A stretch of 64,000 nt of DNA from the NCBI RefSeq assembly GCF_006345805.1, contig NC_043002.1, positions 45,632,001 to 45,696,000 of the forward strand, written 5' to 3'. Under the pieces are notes generated by a model. The model ran no database searches, was not told the origin of the DNA, and worked only from the letters and a program-made list of their open reading frames with translations. The first letter of the stretch is position 1. Each line of letters starts with the position of its first letter. The position numbers and the translations under genes were made by a program. This document shows, one piece after another, positions 1 to 14,510 of this stretch. This DNA is from Octopus sinensis (lineage: Eukaryota).

Positions 1-3000
1 AGAAATATTTTTTGCCACTTTTGCTCATGACATCTTCATACAGTTTTAGTAAAGCTGGAACTAGTGATATTATAATGCTAAAAATATAACAGGCTATCAT
101 TATTACCAATTCTTTTCTCTTGGTGTGGACATAGATGTGAATGACTAGACTAGGAAAAAGATTTCATTGTATAGAAGACATATAATGTCTCAAAGAGGCA
201 TTAGATAAAAATAATAGTTGCACTTTACTGACCTGCTTATTTTGTTCGAAATTAATTCAAAAGCAAAAGTAGAATTATTTCCACTTTTGCTTTTAGTTTG
301 TATGTAATATATATGTGTCCATGTATATATATGTGTATACACACACACACACCAGGAGGTAAAAGGAATTAATAAATCCAGGCGGATATCTAGAAATGCT
401 CAGTATTAAGCAAATTTGGTTGACAATATCAAATAGTCAAATGCCATTAATTTCAAATAGAATTAACATCCAGGGTAATTTCTTATATATGACAAGCAAA
501 TCCAAATATTGCTTAAAAGAATTTTAAGAAATCCAGAGTATATGACAACATGAGAAAGAATGGAGAAAATTGCATTTTTAATTGATGACTATACCATACA
601 TTATCAATGATCGTTTCTATTGTGCTAGCATATTTAGAAATTCTGTTTATTTTTTTACTCTTTCATTATCTACAGATGCCATCATAAGTTTAAATATTGT
701 ACTGGCTTTTCTTCTTAACATTCTTTTTGTATGTGTTCATGTATTAGCAACATTATTTCAGTTCATTTTGAATTTAGTCAGTTTTCGGTGACCTTGATAA
801 CGTTGTTTTGGCATAAAATTTCGGATATATTGGTTTGACTGGTATTTTGTACCTTTTTTTTTTTTTAATATCTAAATATGCTGGCACAATGGAAATGATT
901 GTTGGTAATGTATGATGTAGTCATCAATTAAAGACACGGTTTCCTCTATTCATTTATTTATACATATATATTTATATGTATGTATGTATAAATTCAAGTT
1001 ACATTATATGATTTCAACTAATCTGGTGGTACTCATAAAAAAAGCTCCATAAAGTCTTGTTCTACGAAACAATATATATAGTACAAGAGAAAACCATATA
1101 TATACACATACACACGTGTGTGTATGTGCATGTATATGTATGTGTGTGTAGACAAGCACACATGTGCAACATTAAAAACATTAATTCTAGTTATATATGT
1201 GTACAGATATTTATGTTGCTTACATTTTACAACAGATGTTACCTGATAGATTTGTTTAATCTTATGCATACAGAAAATTAAAAAAAAGAATAGCCATGAA
1301 TTTAGAAATTAGTATCATTAAGAACAGAAATAATAGATTCTGTTAAGAAAATGCTATGAGCTCAACTAGTATTTATTAAATTTGTACTTGAGATTTTATA
1401 AATTACTAATTCTGTCATTATCTCTACAGCAATCTTCATTTCAGTGTACCTTTAGCTGATATGAATCATTAGCAATATCAGTTCTATAACAATAGGCATC
1501 TATTTGGCTGAGAGCATTTAATAGAAATGTATATTATTATAATGTTCTAATGATCTTTAAGAGCATATACTTCATACCATGTTTTATGACATATATTTTT
1601 AATTATATATATATATATATGACTGTAGATAATCATTAAGAATAAACATTGGGCAGTTGTGATAGTGTTACATTTGTGTTTGTGATTTGCACATTTCTTT
1701 ATCAGTCACCAGAGAAATCCATTTTAATGAAAGTTCTTTAATGTGATCCACAATACACAACTATAGTACTGATGTATTTTCTACTATAGATATGTTTTTC
1801 TTATGCATACTGAATTATTGAAATTCTAAATTGCTTTATGCATGTCTTAACATAAAGAAATAAATATATTTTGTGGAAAAAAAAAATTAATTTTTCTTTT
1901 TGCATAATTGTTGCTTTATAAAAATTGTCATTGGTGTAGTTTTTTTCTGTGTTTTTCTTCACTATTTTTACATCCCAAATTATTTAAATATTTTTTTTTT
2001 TTTTGGTAGCATGTCACTTAACTTTAATGTCTATGTAATATTCATTTTCTAAATGTGTTGTATATTATCCTATTCAAAGTGTTGATAAATATAATGTATT
2101 TTTCAGAATTCTGCTTAAAAATGTAGGATTTTATTGTTGTGGTTCATATTCTACAGTGTTATGCCTTTTTTTTTTGGTTCAGTTGTTTTATTTTTCATAG
2201 TTAAATATAAATTTATAAGAATTATTTTGAAAAAGAAAATTAGTTAATCAAAAGTTGATTAATATTTATGTGATTTAATTTTAAATTTATTGAATACCAC
2301 TAGTTAAGGTTTTTTTAATGCAAAATTACTGTGTATATTCAATGTTCAACGAAACAATATCAGAATGATGTAGCTTATTATGATATTTTATATTGGATAC
2401 TTTATAATGTTCACTATGTAAAAATCTTGTTTGGGAATTATTATAGTAGGACAATTACAGCATGGAAGACACATTAGCCATTCAAAAATTTCACTTAAAC
2501 ATTTATTAGGTGCCAAAATTTTTGTTGCAGATGGTGCAGAGAAAATTTTGTTACCAAATAATATAGATGCTTAAGCAAAGTTTTCGTGTGTTTTTGAATG
2601 GTTAATGCCTTTCATGGTGTAATTGTTTTACTTTGAATGTATGGCCTCAGGTCATATCACTTGCCAGACAAGTGCACCTCTGAATATTTTAGTAGAAATT
2701 ATTTCAATATGATTAATTGTAAGAAATTCTCTTCAAATGAAGCTGATGATTAAATAAATGATTGAATTTTTTCCAAAAGAGTATTTACTAAATTTATGTT
2801 TTTTTTAATCCCCTCCTCTTTTCTTTTTACATACAAATCCATTCTTTGCAGTGTCTGTATAACATTTAAAATTTTCATAACTTTAAACCAATTCCTTAGA
2901 TATTAACTGATTGCTTTAGAGAACTAAAGGTAATTTATTCACTCTGCAAGTTTTAGGAAGTGTTTATATAATTTGTCAATGCAAATTTCACATGCATTTT

Positions 3001-4923
3001 AAGATAACTTTAATTTTAATAGTTGAAACTACAGTTCAGAACATTTGTCTGGCTTTGTCTTAAAGATTAAGAACAAATATGAAAGAGCAATACTTAATTA
3101 CTTAGATGTTTTTTTTTTCTATAACTCTCTTATTTTGTAGATTTAAATGGTTAATTTCATCATAAACATGTTGTAAATTTATTGAAATATAAAATGTTAG
3201 ACAATAAAAGCAATTTTTGTTTAATACTTCCTAAAAACAGTGGTACCTGATTCCATATGTTACTTGCGAACTATTTGATTATATCAAGCTTAGTGAATAA
3301 ATTATCCTGTGTCAGTTGTTTTCACATTGATAATAAATTAGAAAATATTTATTTTCTGAAACTAATAAAATACAGAGTATAGAAGTTTTTGAAAACTGAA
3401 ATTTTAATCCAAAGCTTTTTCATAACTTTATCCTAAGTGTCCATGGTTGTTTTCAACCTTTTTAGTTAGTCCTTGTTTCATACATTCTGATAATATAACT
3501 TTTTCTTTCATAAGTCCCATGTTATGTAGGTTGTTGAAAAACAAAATTAAGAATGTGTATCATATTTGATGCATAAATGGCAAAGAAACAGGTCCTGTGT
3601 GTCATGTGATACTCAGGCAAAAGTTTTAAAACTTTTACTCTTAAGATTCTTGCTACTAGTGTCTAATTGCAGGAATTATTTACTTAAAAGTCAGTGATCA
3701 CCTTAGCTGTATAGTAAAATAAAACATTTGTGAACTGATAATTCTTTGCAAATCTTGGGACTGTGAGAATGAGCTAAATAGTTGAGGTAGAATATACTGG
3801 AAACATAAATTTGGAAGTATTCTTTTATTGTTATATTTTATCATCAGTTAATAGAGATAACGATATTCAATGTGGAAAATAGCCTTGATATATCTTAGCC
3901 CACAAGATACCACTGCTACATTGGTAGATATAGATTTCTGAAATTCATTTGCACATCAAGGCTTTTTTGTTTCTATGTACTTCATATAAAAAGTGCCCCA
4001 CAGTATATCTCACACACACACACTTACATGCATACAGGTATTTGCAATAATTAACATTAGGCAAAATGTATTCCAATGAGTGTCAGAATTATTTTAGTAG
4101 TTTCACATATTAGTGGCGAGCTTTATTGATAGCGTATGATTTTCATATAGTGATTTTTTTTTTTGTTTAAATGTATTTTCAATTTGTATTTGTGTGTGTG
4201 TTTGTGTATATGATATACATTCTAATGTTTTACTGAAGACAAAAACTTGAACAATGTAAACATTTACTTTTTTATTTTATTTATTTTTATTTGTCTTAAT
4301 TTCGTTAACATATTTTGTCAAGAAATTTTTACTTTAAGAATAAATATAGACATTCTTGCTATGTATTTCCTATTAAAGGATCACAAGAACTAAGAACATT
4401 ATTTTAACTCTTCTTTAGCAATTCCATTTAAGGAGAGTATCTAAATATATTTGTATAAGTTAAAATGTATATTTTATTGCAATATAAGATATTGATCTGT
4501 TATGCTAAATAATGTAATTGAAATGTAGTGTATTTTATATTTAAATGTTCCCACCCAGCAATAAAATAACTGTTAAAAGTATTTAGCAAATTAATTTTCC
4601 CAGATATTTGATGTACATTTTTGTAACATATCATTTGTTACTTCGCTGTTTTATTTATTTATTTATCTTTCATGATTTTTGCTTAACTATATAATATTCC
4701 AATTTTATGTTTAAAAATAGTGGCAAAATCATTTAGTCCTATTTTTTTTTTATGGATATTTAAAACTTTTAATCTATACAATGTTTATATACTTTTTTGA
4801 ATTTGGTTATACTATCCATTTTTCATATAGAAATATTGAAAAAATATGCTTCTACACTGAAAAAATGCTAGTTTTATAAAAGCAAAAAACAAAACAAAAA
4901 GATTCTAAATCATTTCTTTTCAG

Positions 4924-4944
4924 TCACATCATTGATGACGAGAA
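4924..4944 (+). CDS. Candidate 21-nt microexon of the BCL11-like gene (HIIDDEK)
   Basis: Acceptor tcattttcttttcag and donor AA|gtatgc. Read phase 2-2 it gives T CAC ATC ATT GAT GAC GAG AA, and the G at 12614 completes AAG, continuing in frame into the 12614 exon. No homology support. Confidence 0.45.
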
Positions 4945-5811
4945 GTATGCTTATTATATATTTGTTTTTGTTTGTATTTTTTTTTGAGGGTCGGGGACAT
5001 ATGGTTATATGTAATAAATTTTTTTTCCAAGTTCCATTTCATGAAACTAGTAAAATTTATCAAGATTTACTAACTGAAACTCAACATTAAGGAGAATTGT
5101 AGAAAATTTGGTGATAGATAGTGACTTAGGTTGGAGTTTTTAATTTTTTAAAAGAAAATTGGTTTAATTAAAAATAAAAATGATTTACATATATCCTCCA
5201 AACATGTGATCTACTAAATTTTTGAGTATTTTACTTAGTATCTAAAATTTTTTCATACTCTATCCTGATTCAAACCAACAATTTTTTTCTGTAAGACTTA
5301 TCACAAAAGAAGAGATAATTTGCCAAATACATCTATCTTCCTTCTGCTTTGATCCGTGGTCTTAAATTTATCTCGTCTTTCTATGCTGGGTTCTTTAAAA
5401 AAAAGTGTTTACTTGAATGTTAGTAACTTACCAAAGCTTCAAATTGTGAGTCTTGTATGTCTTCTGTAAGTCTGTATTTCATTTGAATCTGACTATTCAA
5501 TATTAACTGATCAATGTATTTAATTGCTTTTAGACTTATTTCTTTCATCCATTACATTTGCATAATACTTTGTAATTATTCTATTATTCCATTTCAGAGA
5601 TTTTATGCAAGATTAATAATTTATTTTCTTTCTTTTTTCTTTTTTTTTTTTTTACAAAAACATTATTTATTTATTTATTGGGAAAGAAAATCATTACCTG
5701 AAACCCAGAGAGGCGTTGTGAATTAGAAGATTTGGGTGAAATATACATGACTTGTGTGGTTAATGCAAAGCTTGAAAGAGAGTTACTTTAGCAAGGATAT
5801 GCTTAAGGGGG

Positions 5812-6048
5812 AAGAGAGAGATAGAGAGAGAGAGAGGGAGAGAGAGAGAGGGAGAGAGAGAGAGAGAAAATTTCATATTGTGTTCTCTAGAATCAAGTTC
5901 ACACTTGTATCTTTGATGTATTATATAACTTACACTACTTTGCTCTCTGTAGTCATTAAAAAATAAAATACTGGCATTGTACTTCCTAACTCATTGCCAT
6001 AACTGACACTTTGAAGCCACAAATCTGGCAAAACTTTGAAACCACTGT

Positions 6049-6093
<45 letters not shown>

Positions 6094-6120
6094 TGTGTGT
6101 GTGTGTGTGTGTATGTATGT
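5812..6120. repeat. (GA)n at 5812-5865 and (TA)n(TG)n at 6051-6120
   Basis: Seen directly. Confidence 0.9.
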
Positions 6121-6280
6121 ATTCGCTAAGTAACCAAGCAATTTATAATCGTTCACAAATATATTCCTGGAACATATTTTTAGTTTATAATAAACTTTAT
6201 GATTAATAATATATTTTCTCTAATACTTCAAGTCTTACCAGGCAGTATGATATTATCTATAACTGTTGATAGATATAATG

Positions 6281-7241
6281 TAGGCGTCAGCAACCTAAAC
6301 CAGGCCACTGGGCCATGTCTAAGCCACCTTGCGGGCCACCCCCCCTCCCAACCCCAAAAAATAACAAGCACACAAAAATCAATGATAATAAATGTAAATT
6401 GAACCTTTCTTAAGACTTGCAGTAATCAGAATGTGAAATAATTAATGTGAAGGCTGGTGATTCTTTGAAACAGATAGAGAGTCAATGTCCGGTTTGATGG
6501 ATGAGGAGGCCAGGAGGAGAACGTCTTGAAGATGAGCATCTGTAAGCTGTGCTCTCGTCTTGTTCTTCATCAGGTTCATGTGGCTGAACAGCTGCTTGCA
6601 AGATTGTGTGGACCTGAACAATGAAGCTAGGTGCAGGGGCTCCCAAACAAGAGCTGGGAAAGCATGGAAGGCTGAGAGCAAGCACCAACTCTCTGAGCAC
6701 TGGAGCTCAATGAGCTCCAGCTAAAGGTTGTTGGCCACTTCCACAGAATCCACATCAAAGGGAATGGAGAATAACTTGAGCTCCTTCTCACAGGCGCACA
6801 CATCTTTGAAGCGCCTCTTGAACTCGCCTCCCAGCTCAGACAGGGCAGTAGCGTAGTGACAGCAGGGGTCAGGCACAGCTCAGCCAAGCGGGCAAAGTGA
6901 GTAAATTTCCTCTGGTTGAACTGATGCTCTTACAGGCGAAAAATAACTTATCATACAGTGATACTATACTACAGTATCGGGCAAAAGGACGATTTCCTCT
7001 TTCTCTCTAACTCTATCAGAATTCTTCTCCAAAGTTACGTTTATTCAGTGTCAGTATCATGAAAGTAGGACATTGTTCTGTCTGGGGAGAAGACGGCCAC
7101 TGATTAGTTCTGTTAAATTTGCTGTCAGTTCTAAAAACCCCACTGGGTTGCGGGAAATGTCTTGTGGACCACGCCTAATGGAAATCTGGACAAGGTGCCA
7201 TGGGCTGCACGGGAGGAGCTCGTAGGCTGCAGGTTGCTGAC
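6281..7241 (-). mobile_element. Internally deleted hAT transposon (GTF2IRD2/SPIN-like transposase C-terminus)
   Basis: Terminal inverted repeat GTCAGCAACCT (6286-6296) / AGGTTGCTGAC (7231-7241). Minus-strand remnant SLFRSTQSCKQLFSHMNLMKNKTRAQLTDAHLQDVL is the hAT dimerisation region; frameshifted. Confidence 0.8.
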
Positions 7242-7775
7242 ATAAAGGGAAGTTATAAACTCATCACTGCCAGAAACAGTCGATGTTTGTTACCTTTCTC
7301 AGTGTTATTGTGAGATTACTCTTATTCAGTCTAGTCTAGATTACAGTGGGTCCAGCAAAGAAAGTCACCCAATAGTCTGTGTCTTGTTTAATCTGGCATC
7401 GTGTGATGTATTCTGTTATGTGATTTTTTGTCTCAGAGGCAGTGAAATAGTTTAGGAATTTTTCACACACGTCGGTGTCCAACATATTTTCTTATTAGAA
7501 AATTAGGCTCAAATAATGCAGGGTAGTTTTAAGATTTATCTTACTATTGTTGGCAGCAATAACACTATCAAATTGAGTGATTTGCTTGCTTGTAGTATTG
7601 ACTATAAGTTTTCCTATGAGTGCAGTTAGTAGGGAGCTGGATCTGAAAAGGTTTGGTTACTTGTTTATGGTTACTTCAGATTTTGAAAAGTACTAGCTTG
7701 CCTAATTAATATTTCATGGACAATGTATTATGATTGACAAGTGCTGTAGTTTATCAATTATACATAATAAAAGTA

Positions 7776-8131
7776 CAGGTGTTCCTCAACTTATGTCTCT
7801 TTCATGTCTCTTTCAATTTTGTTGTTTTTTTAAAAGAAATTAATGGAAAAAATAAACCTTGACTTCAGTCACTTTATCAAACTTTACATCAGTCTCACCA
7901 ACCACATTTTAAAGCATAAACATTTTTTAAAATCTCAAAAATAAATAACATCTAAAAACAAAAACTGGAGTGGGAAATCAAATAAAATACATGTGAAAAT
8001 ATGTATAAATCATTTATTAAAACAGATGTAGGCTAATAAATTTTTTAAAAAGGTTTTTGTATGTTACGTTGTTTTTCAAGTTAAGTCACATGTCTTGGCA
8101 CCAATTACCAACATAAGTTGAGGTATGCCTG
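7776..8131. mobile_element. Tigger/pogo-like MITE
   Basis: TIRs CAGGTGTTCCTCAACTTATGT and ACATAAGTTGAGGTATGCCTG, flanked by TA on both sides; no ORF. Confidence 0.8.
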
Positions 8132-10869
8132 TAATAAAAACATAGGCAAGCAAAAACTGATTTGGGATAAAATTGATTACTCAAACCTTGAAAATACATA
8201 AGTAATTTCAGATGTAAATATGTTCGTTTTGTTTCCATTGCAAAGTAGATGTTAAACTAATGATCATAATAATTGTGCTATTAATGTCTGTTAAAAAACA
8301 AATCTCAGTAAAGTCTAGATAAATGGAATTGTTACTTATCACTGGTAGTACTTCTTATTGGAAAAATATGTTTTATTTTATATTATTGTAAAGATAGGGG
8401 GAAATGCAGCTGTAATTTTTTTTAAAAACATAAAAGTCTAACTTATTACAATGTTAGAAGATCAGACTCGTTCTTTCCCGAGGAAGTTTTTTATCTTTTG
8501 TAATATAGATTCTGAAATCTTAGCACATATCCTAAATTATTTATAAACCAAAACTTTCTAAAATAAATACTTTTTAAAAAATATTTTTGTAGATACTTCT
8601 ATATTAAATGAAAAATCATCCAGAAATATATTGCTACAAAGCATTTAAAAATTTACTAATTTTTTTGAAAAGAAAAGTAATTGTTTTTTGTGTCAATTCT
8701 AAATTAATCTGATATGACTTCATAATCTAACACTTTATAAAATTCCAATAAAAGTTTTAGGTAATATAGCAAATATTTAATTTTTGGTTGAGACTCCCTG
8801 TGTTAAGTTATTATGTATTAGAAACTATCATTTTTCCCCCTTGTATTTTTTTTAATTAAAGAAGTTTTTTTTACATATTTTTTAATTAAAAGTTGTTTTT
8901 TTTTACATATTTTTTATGATTAAAAACTCAAATTGGATTAGGAGTTTGCAAGTGTGAAATTAGAAAGTTTTGTAATTATTGTTGGATCCCACTAGATATC
9001 TACTTAAGTTTTTATCTTCATGCAGTGTTCAGTGGCAATTGAGCTTGATGAAGCTTATCACTCATTGGTCTTTCAACTCTTATTTTCACTGGTTCAAAGA
9101 ATTAGTAAAGTGAAATGAATAGTTCTACTGGAGATTATAGTATATTCTAGATTAGTTCACTCAGAAAACTACACAACTTCTGGTGATCCTTTCTATTGTT
9201 AACTACTCAAATATATATTTAAAGCTACCTGTACTGAGATGTAGAAAAGTCATGATCTTGTTCTGAAGATTCTAGCATTTTAAGTTAAATGTAAGTTATT
9301 CTCAGACTTGGATATTAAGTTCTTTTCTAAAAGATTTTAGCAATTTACCAGTTGTTGTTACTCAACATTTACACTTTTTAAAGGTAAAGAATTATTATTC
9401 CATTATTGAATAGAGTTGGGATTTGTCAGAAACTGTTGTTGCTTGTTAAACTAGATAGTTCATTAGATTCCATTTTTTAAATTCATCCACAAATTGTTTT
9501 TACCTACTTTCAATATGGATTTGATAAAAATTCTACATTCTTGTAAATAAAATTTTACAAATAGAAATATTATTATGCCACTGCAGAAAAAAAAAATTCT
9601 TATTTATGAAGGTAGTTGATTTGTTACAACAGAAATTGTATTTATTGATTATAAGTTGGACATATTTGGTTTAGATCCATGAGTTAACTGAAGCATTTCA
9701 TTATCACTCCTGGGTTAGTGTGTGTGTGTGTTGTAGAGGAGTTGGGTAATTAGCTTATAAGTGGTTGAACATTCTACTGACATGTTCACTTTGAACATAA
9801 TTCTCAGGTGGGTTCACTGCAACAAGGCTCACCTTCAAATTACAGGTGCCATTTATCTGGCAGATTTTACTGAATTTTAATCAAGGTCTACATTGACCTG
9901 AGGCCATGGTACAGAACTCTCTCAAACCTGTGACTTCATGATTATGAAGCAAACTTTTTAACCAGTAGCCCATGCTGCTTCCATAATCAGTTAAAAAAAA
10001 CTTGAGTTAACAACTATTTAGCTTGTTCGCAGAAAATTTAATGCCAGTAGTAGGTTACAAAATCCATGTTTAGAAATTGTTCTCAAAATGACCATTCCCA
10101 GTAATTAATAGCTACTATATGGCGAACCCGTTTTCAACTAATACTTCTTGGGGATCATGTATGAAGTGAGGATTATATTATATAAAACATGTGATTAAAA
10201 TAGCATTAATTAATAACTATTGTTACCTTTTCTCATTACCTAATTATTTCTTAGCTTTTTAATAACCCTATCTCAAAATATAGTAGCAATAACTACACTG
10301 TCAATGGCATCTGAGGAATTCTTTGCAGTAAATCATTCCAATTTTTTCTATTTCAACTAGCCTACATTATTGTATGTTTACTTTGTACTACAAGCAGAAA
10401 TTTAGCAGATTTGTTTGAGCATCAGGCAAGAAGCTTTGTAGTATTTCATTCTAGCTCTTTGCATTTTGAGCTTGAATCCTGCTGAGGTCAATTTTGCTTC
10501 TCATCTTTTTGAGATAGATAAATTAAAAGTTTTGGTCCTGAGCAGCAGATTGACAGAATTGATAGTGTCGACCAAAATGCCTTGTGGTAATTGTTTTCAT
10601 TTGGTTCTGTTCTGAGTGCACATACAAGTATAAGCAAACTTCTTTATATCTAGCTGACAAGATGGTGTCTAAAAAAGAAAAAAAAGGAAAGCAACAGGAA
10701 ACCACTTTTGTACAAGTGCACAGTATATAGTTCCTTGATTTGTTGCATGTCGGGAAAGTCAATCTGATGTTGTAGGAAGAAAGACATAGTGATACCTTCA
10801 TCACTACTTACCCAAGTAAGGTGAAATCTATGCTTTACTGATATGAATATAGGAATGAAATATATCTGA

Positions 10870-11220
10870 AGCTGCTTGACCTAAAGAAATATTAGTCAGC
10901 GTTAAGTTCTGAATAACTTAACTGTTGTAGAATATGCATTCTGCAGATACAACCTACCACAGTTACAAAAGATTGAGTTGAATGTTATGTTGGAACAATG
11001 TTAATTTACGAGGAGTGTAAATGGCAAAAGCAGCTGGAGTGATGTATGCAGATGAAACAATGTAAAGATAAGTGCTGGGTGAAAAAGTGTTGTGATTTGG
11101 TGACAGTTGTCTATAATATGTGTAAACTAAGGAGAGCTTTAGAGCAATAAGTTAGATGGAATGAAAGAAAACCTGAGATGCCTGAGTTGCTATACATTGG
11201 ACCTATGCAACTTGTATCTA
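10870..11220 (+). mobile_element. Highly decayed RTE-like LINE 3' fragment
   Basis: Residual similarity to the LRW.GHV.RM...VKKC region at the RTE ORF C-terminus; many stops. Confidence 0.35.
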
Positions 11221-12613
11221 CATTTTAAAATGAATGTTAAAACAATGATGATAATAATGATTTTTGTATGGGACTCCACTTTCATATAGTTTTATATTAT
11301 GGCTGTTTATTGCTTTATAGATAAATAAGAAAAATATTTTTACATGAAACTTTTTTCATATGGGTTTTCCAAGGAGGAAGGAACAAAGTATTTGATTAGT
11401 GCATTCTTTCTGAGTATGTCAATCAGAAGGGAGAGTATTGGTTGATTTTAATACTGTTTTTAAAAGGCTTAAAATATTAATTTTAAAAAAATCTCATGTG
11501 AAAATGTCTCTATCAATGATTTCTAATATGTTATCTAACTTTTCTGGCAAAGAAGGCCTGAGATCAATATTTAGTGGTGGTGGTGATGGGTCTTGGTGAA
11601 GTGTTAGTAAAAAGGCATGTTTACTAACTGATATTTCTTTCTTTAATCAATAAGTTTTCTAGTTCAGACTTCAGTGAACAATGTTTCATTTTAAAAGGTT
11701 GGTTTTTTTCGGTTTTTTTTTTTTTTTTTCATATTTGCCTGCATATTTTATTTATGTATATTTTGAAAATATTATCATCTCTTAAAATTGGTCCCATCTT
11801 CAAAGTAAGCATATCACTACTGTTTCTTTTTCTGTTAGTCTTGAAAGACAGTTAGCATGTATGTGTATATGATTTGTTTTGCCAGAAAAGCTTTTATATT
11901 TAAAATATTATTTCGTATTTATTAGGTGGTTAGTTCTTTATTTGTTTAGATAAATATAAACAAGATAGATATTTTAATTAATTTACTTCAAGATTTTGTT
12001 TCTTTTGGTGATCTCTTGGAAGAATAAAAGAATTGAAGCTTAAATTTTTGATACAAATATTAATTTTAGCTCTAAAGTTGTGATAGTGATTTTGTGTATA
12101 TTTTTCAAATTGAAAAAAATATTTGCAATGGCTGATGTACATTTTTATTTTATTTTTTTTTAAAGAATTATCTTTTTAATTTTGCTAATAATGATTGATT
12201 TAATTTTTGTTTAATGTAAAATGATTCCAAGTGGAAATTTTGATATTTACTGTAGTTAGGATATTTTAGTGGGGGTGGAAAAAAAAAACTGAAACTTTTT
12301 TCAGTAAAATTTATTTTTTTGTGGATCAGTGATGTAACCACATGAAAGTTATTTTTATTGAATGTGTATATTTCTATTTTATGTATTGCATTTTTTATTT
12401 ATTGTCTCTCCAATCAGCCATTTCAAGTGACATGTATAAATTTCAAGTTTTATTTTGAAGAACTTAAAAAAAGGACTGAATTGATCAAGCTAAAGCTTTC
12501 AACTGCTTATTTCATGTCTTCAGATGATGTTGGTGGAAATGATATTTTTTTCTTTTTGTTTTTCTATTTGTGTGTGTGTGTGTGTCTTCATTTGCCTTTT
12601 GTTCTACAAACAG

Positions 12614-12894
12614 GGATATAAGTAAATCACCACAGGCTCCACAGCCACAAAGACTGGGTGGGCCTCCACCTAAAAAGTTGTGCCAAGACTTCCAAGATTA
12701 TCCGGCTCCTGCAACATCAGGAATTAGAAGAACTCTGGTTACTTTATCAGATAATTCTGCTATCAACAGCTCTGCTGCTCAACAGCCAAGAAGGGCTCCT
12801 CCTTCTGCAACTGCCTCTACCACCGCCGCTACTACTAAACCAATTCTACCTTCCCTCAGAGCTGCTATAAGATCATCCACTGGTTCACCACTGA
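12614..12894 (+). CDS. Internal coding exon, Pro/Ser/Ala/Thr-rich low-complexity region of the BCL11-like zinc-finger gene
   Basis: Acceptor ttttgttctacaaacag and donor A|gtaagc. A 281-nt open frame (DISKSPQAPQPQRLGGPPPKK...SSTGSPL) with higher GC than its flanks. It ends in phase 1, matching the 26454 exon (A+GC = Ser). Confidence 0.8.
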
Positions 12895-13514
12895 GTAAGC
12901 TTTAGAAATCTTTTTAACCCTAAATCCTAAAAAAAAAAAAAATTGTTTATTCATTAAACAAAAAGTATGGTGAAAATTTTACATGTATGGTTTGCCATCT
13001 CTGCTACATAATGTGATGTGATTTGACATAGGGTTTTTTTTTTTTGTCAATATAGTTACAGATCCCTGTTAAAATCAGCTTTTTAAAGAAAACATTTTTT
13101 GGCAAGGAAATAACTTTTTAAATCTGGTCAAATTATATTTAAATCAAAATTTAAAAAAAAAAAATGTAATATTTTTTTTATTGGTGAAAAAATTTTTTTA
13201 TGTACACTTTTGTTATTAATTTTTCAACGGTTTAGACATAAAAGAGGAATCACATACAAATTTTTCCTTTTCCCACTCTCAACTAGCTTTTAATTCATTG
13301 GTGTTTACTTTTGATTCCTACCTCACAGTTTACATATTTTTGTATATTATTAATTGAAAATATTTTTTAAAATTTGATTTAACGATTAACCAGTTTAACA
13401 TGTTTATTTGATCAAAGAACACACATTATGAATAGCTAATGACAGTTGTGATTTAAACTATGAAGTCAATATTTTAGAAATTTAATGGTGCATTTTAACA
13501 TGTTGCTTATTTCA

Positions 13515-14510
<996 letters not shown>

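Noticed and set aside
2920-2929. 10-nt microexon-like signal (tttag AGAACTAAAG gtaatt)
   Set aside because: Joining it to the 4924 microexon in the required phase places TAA in frame, and there is no other support.
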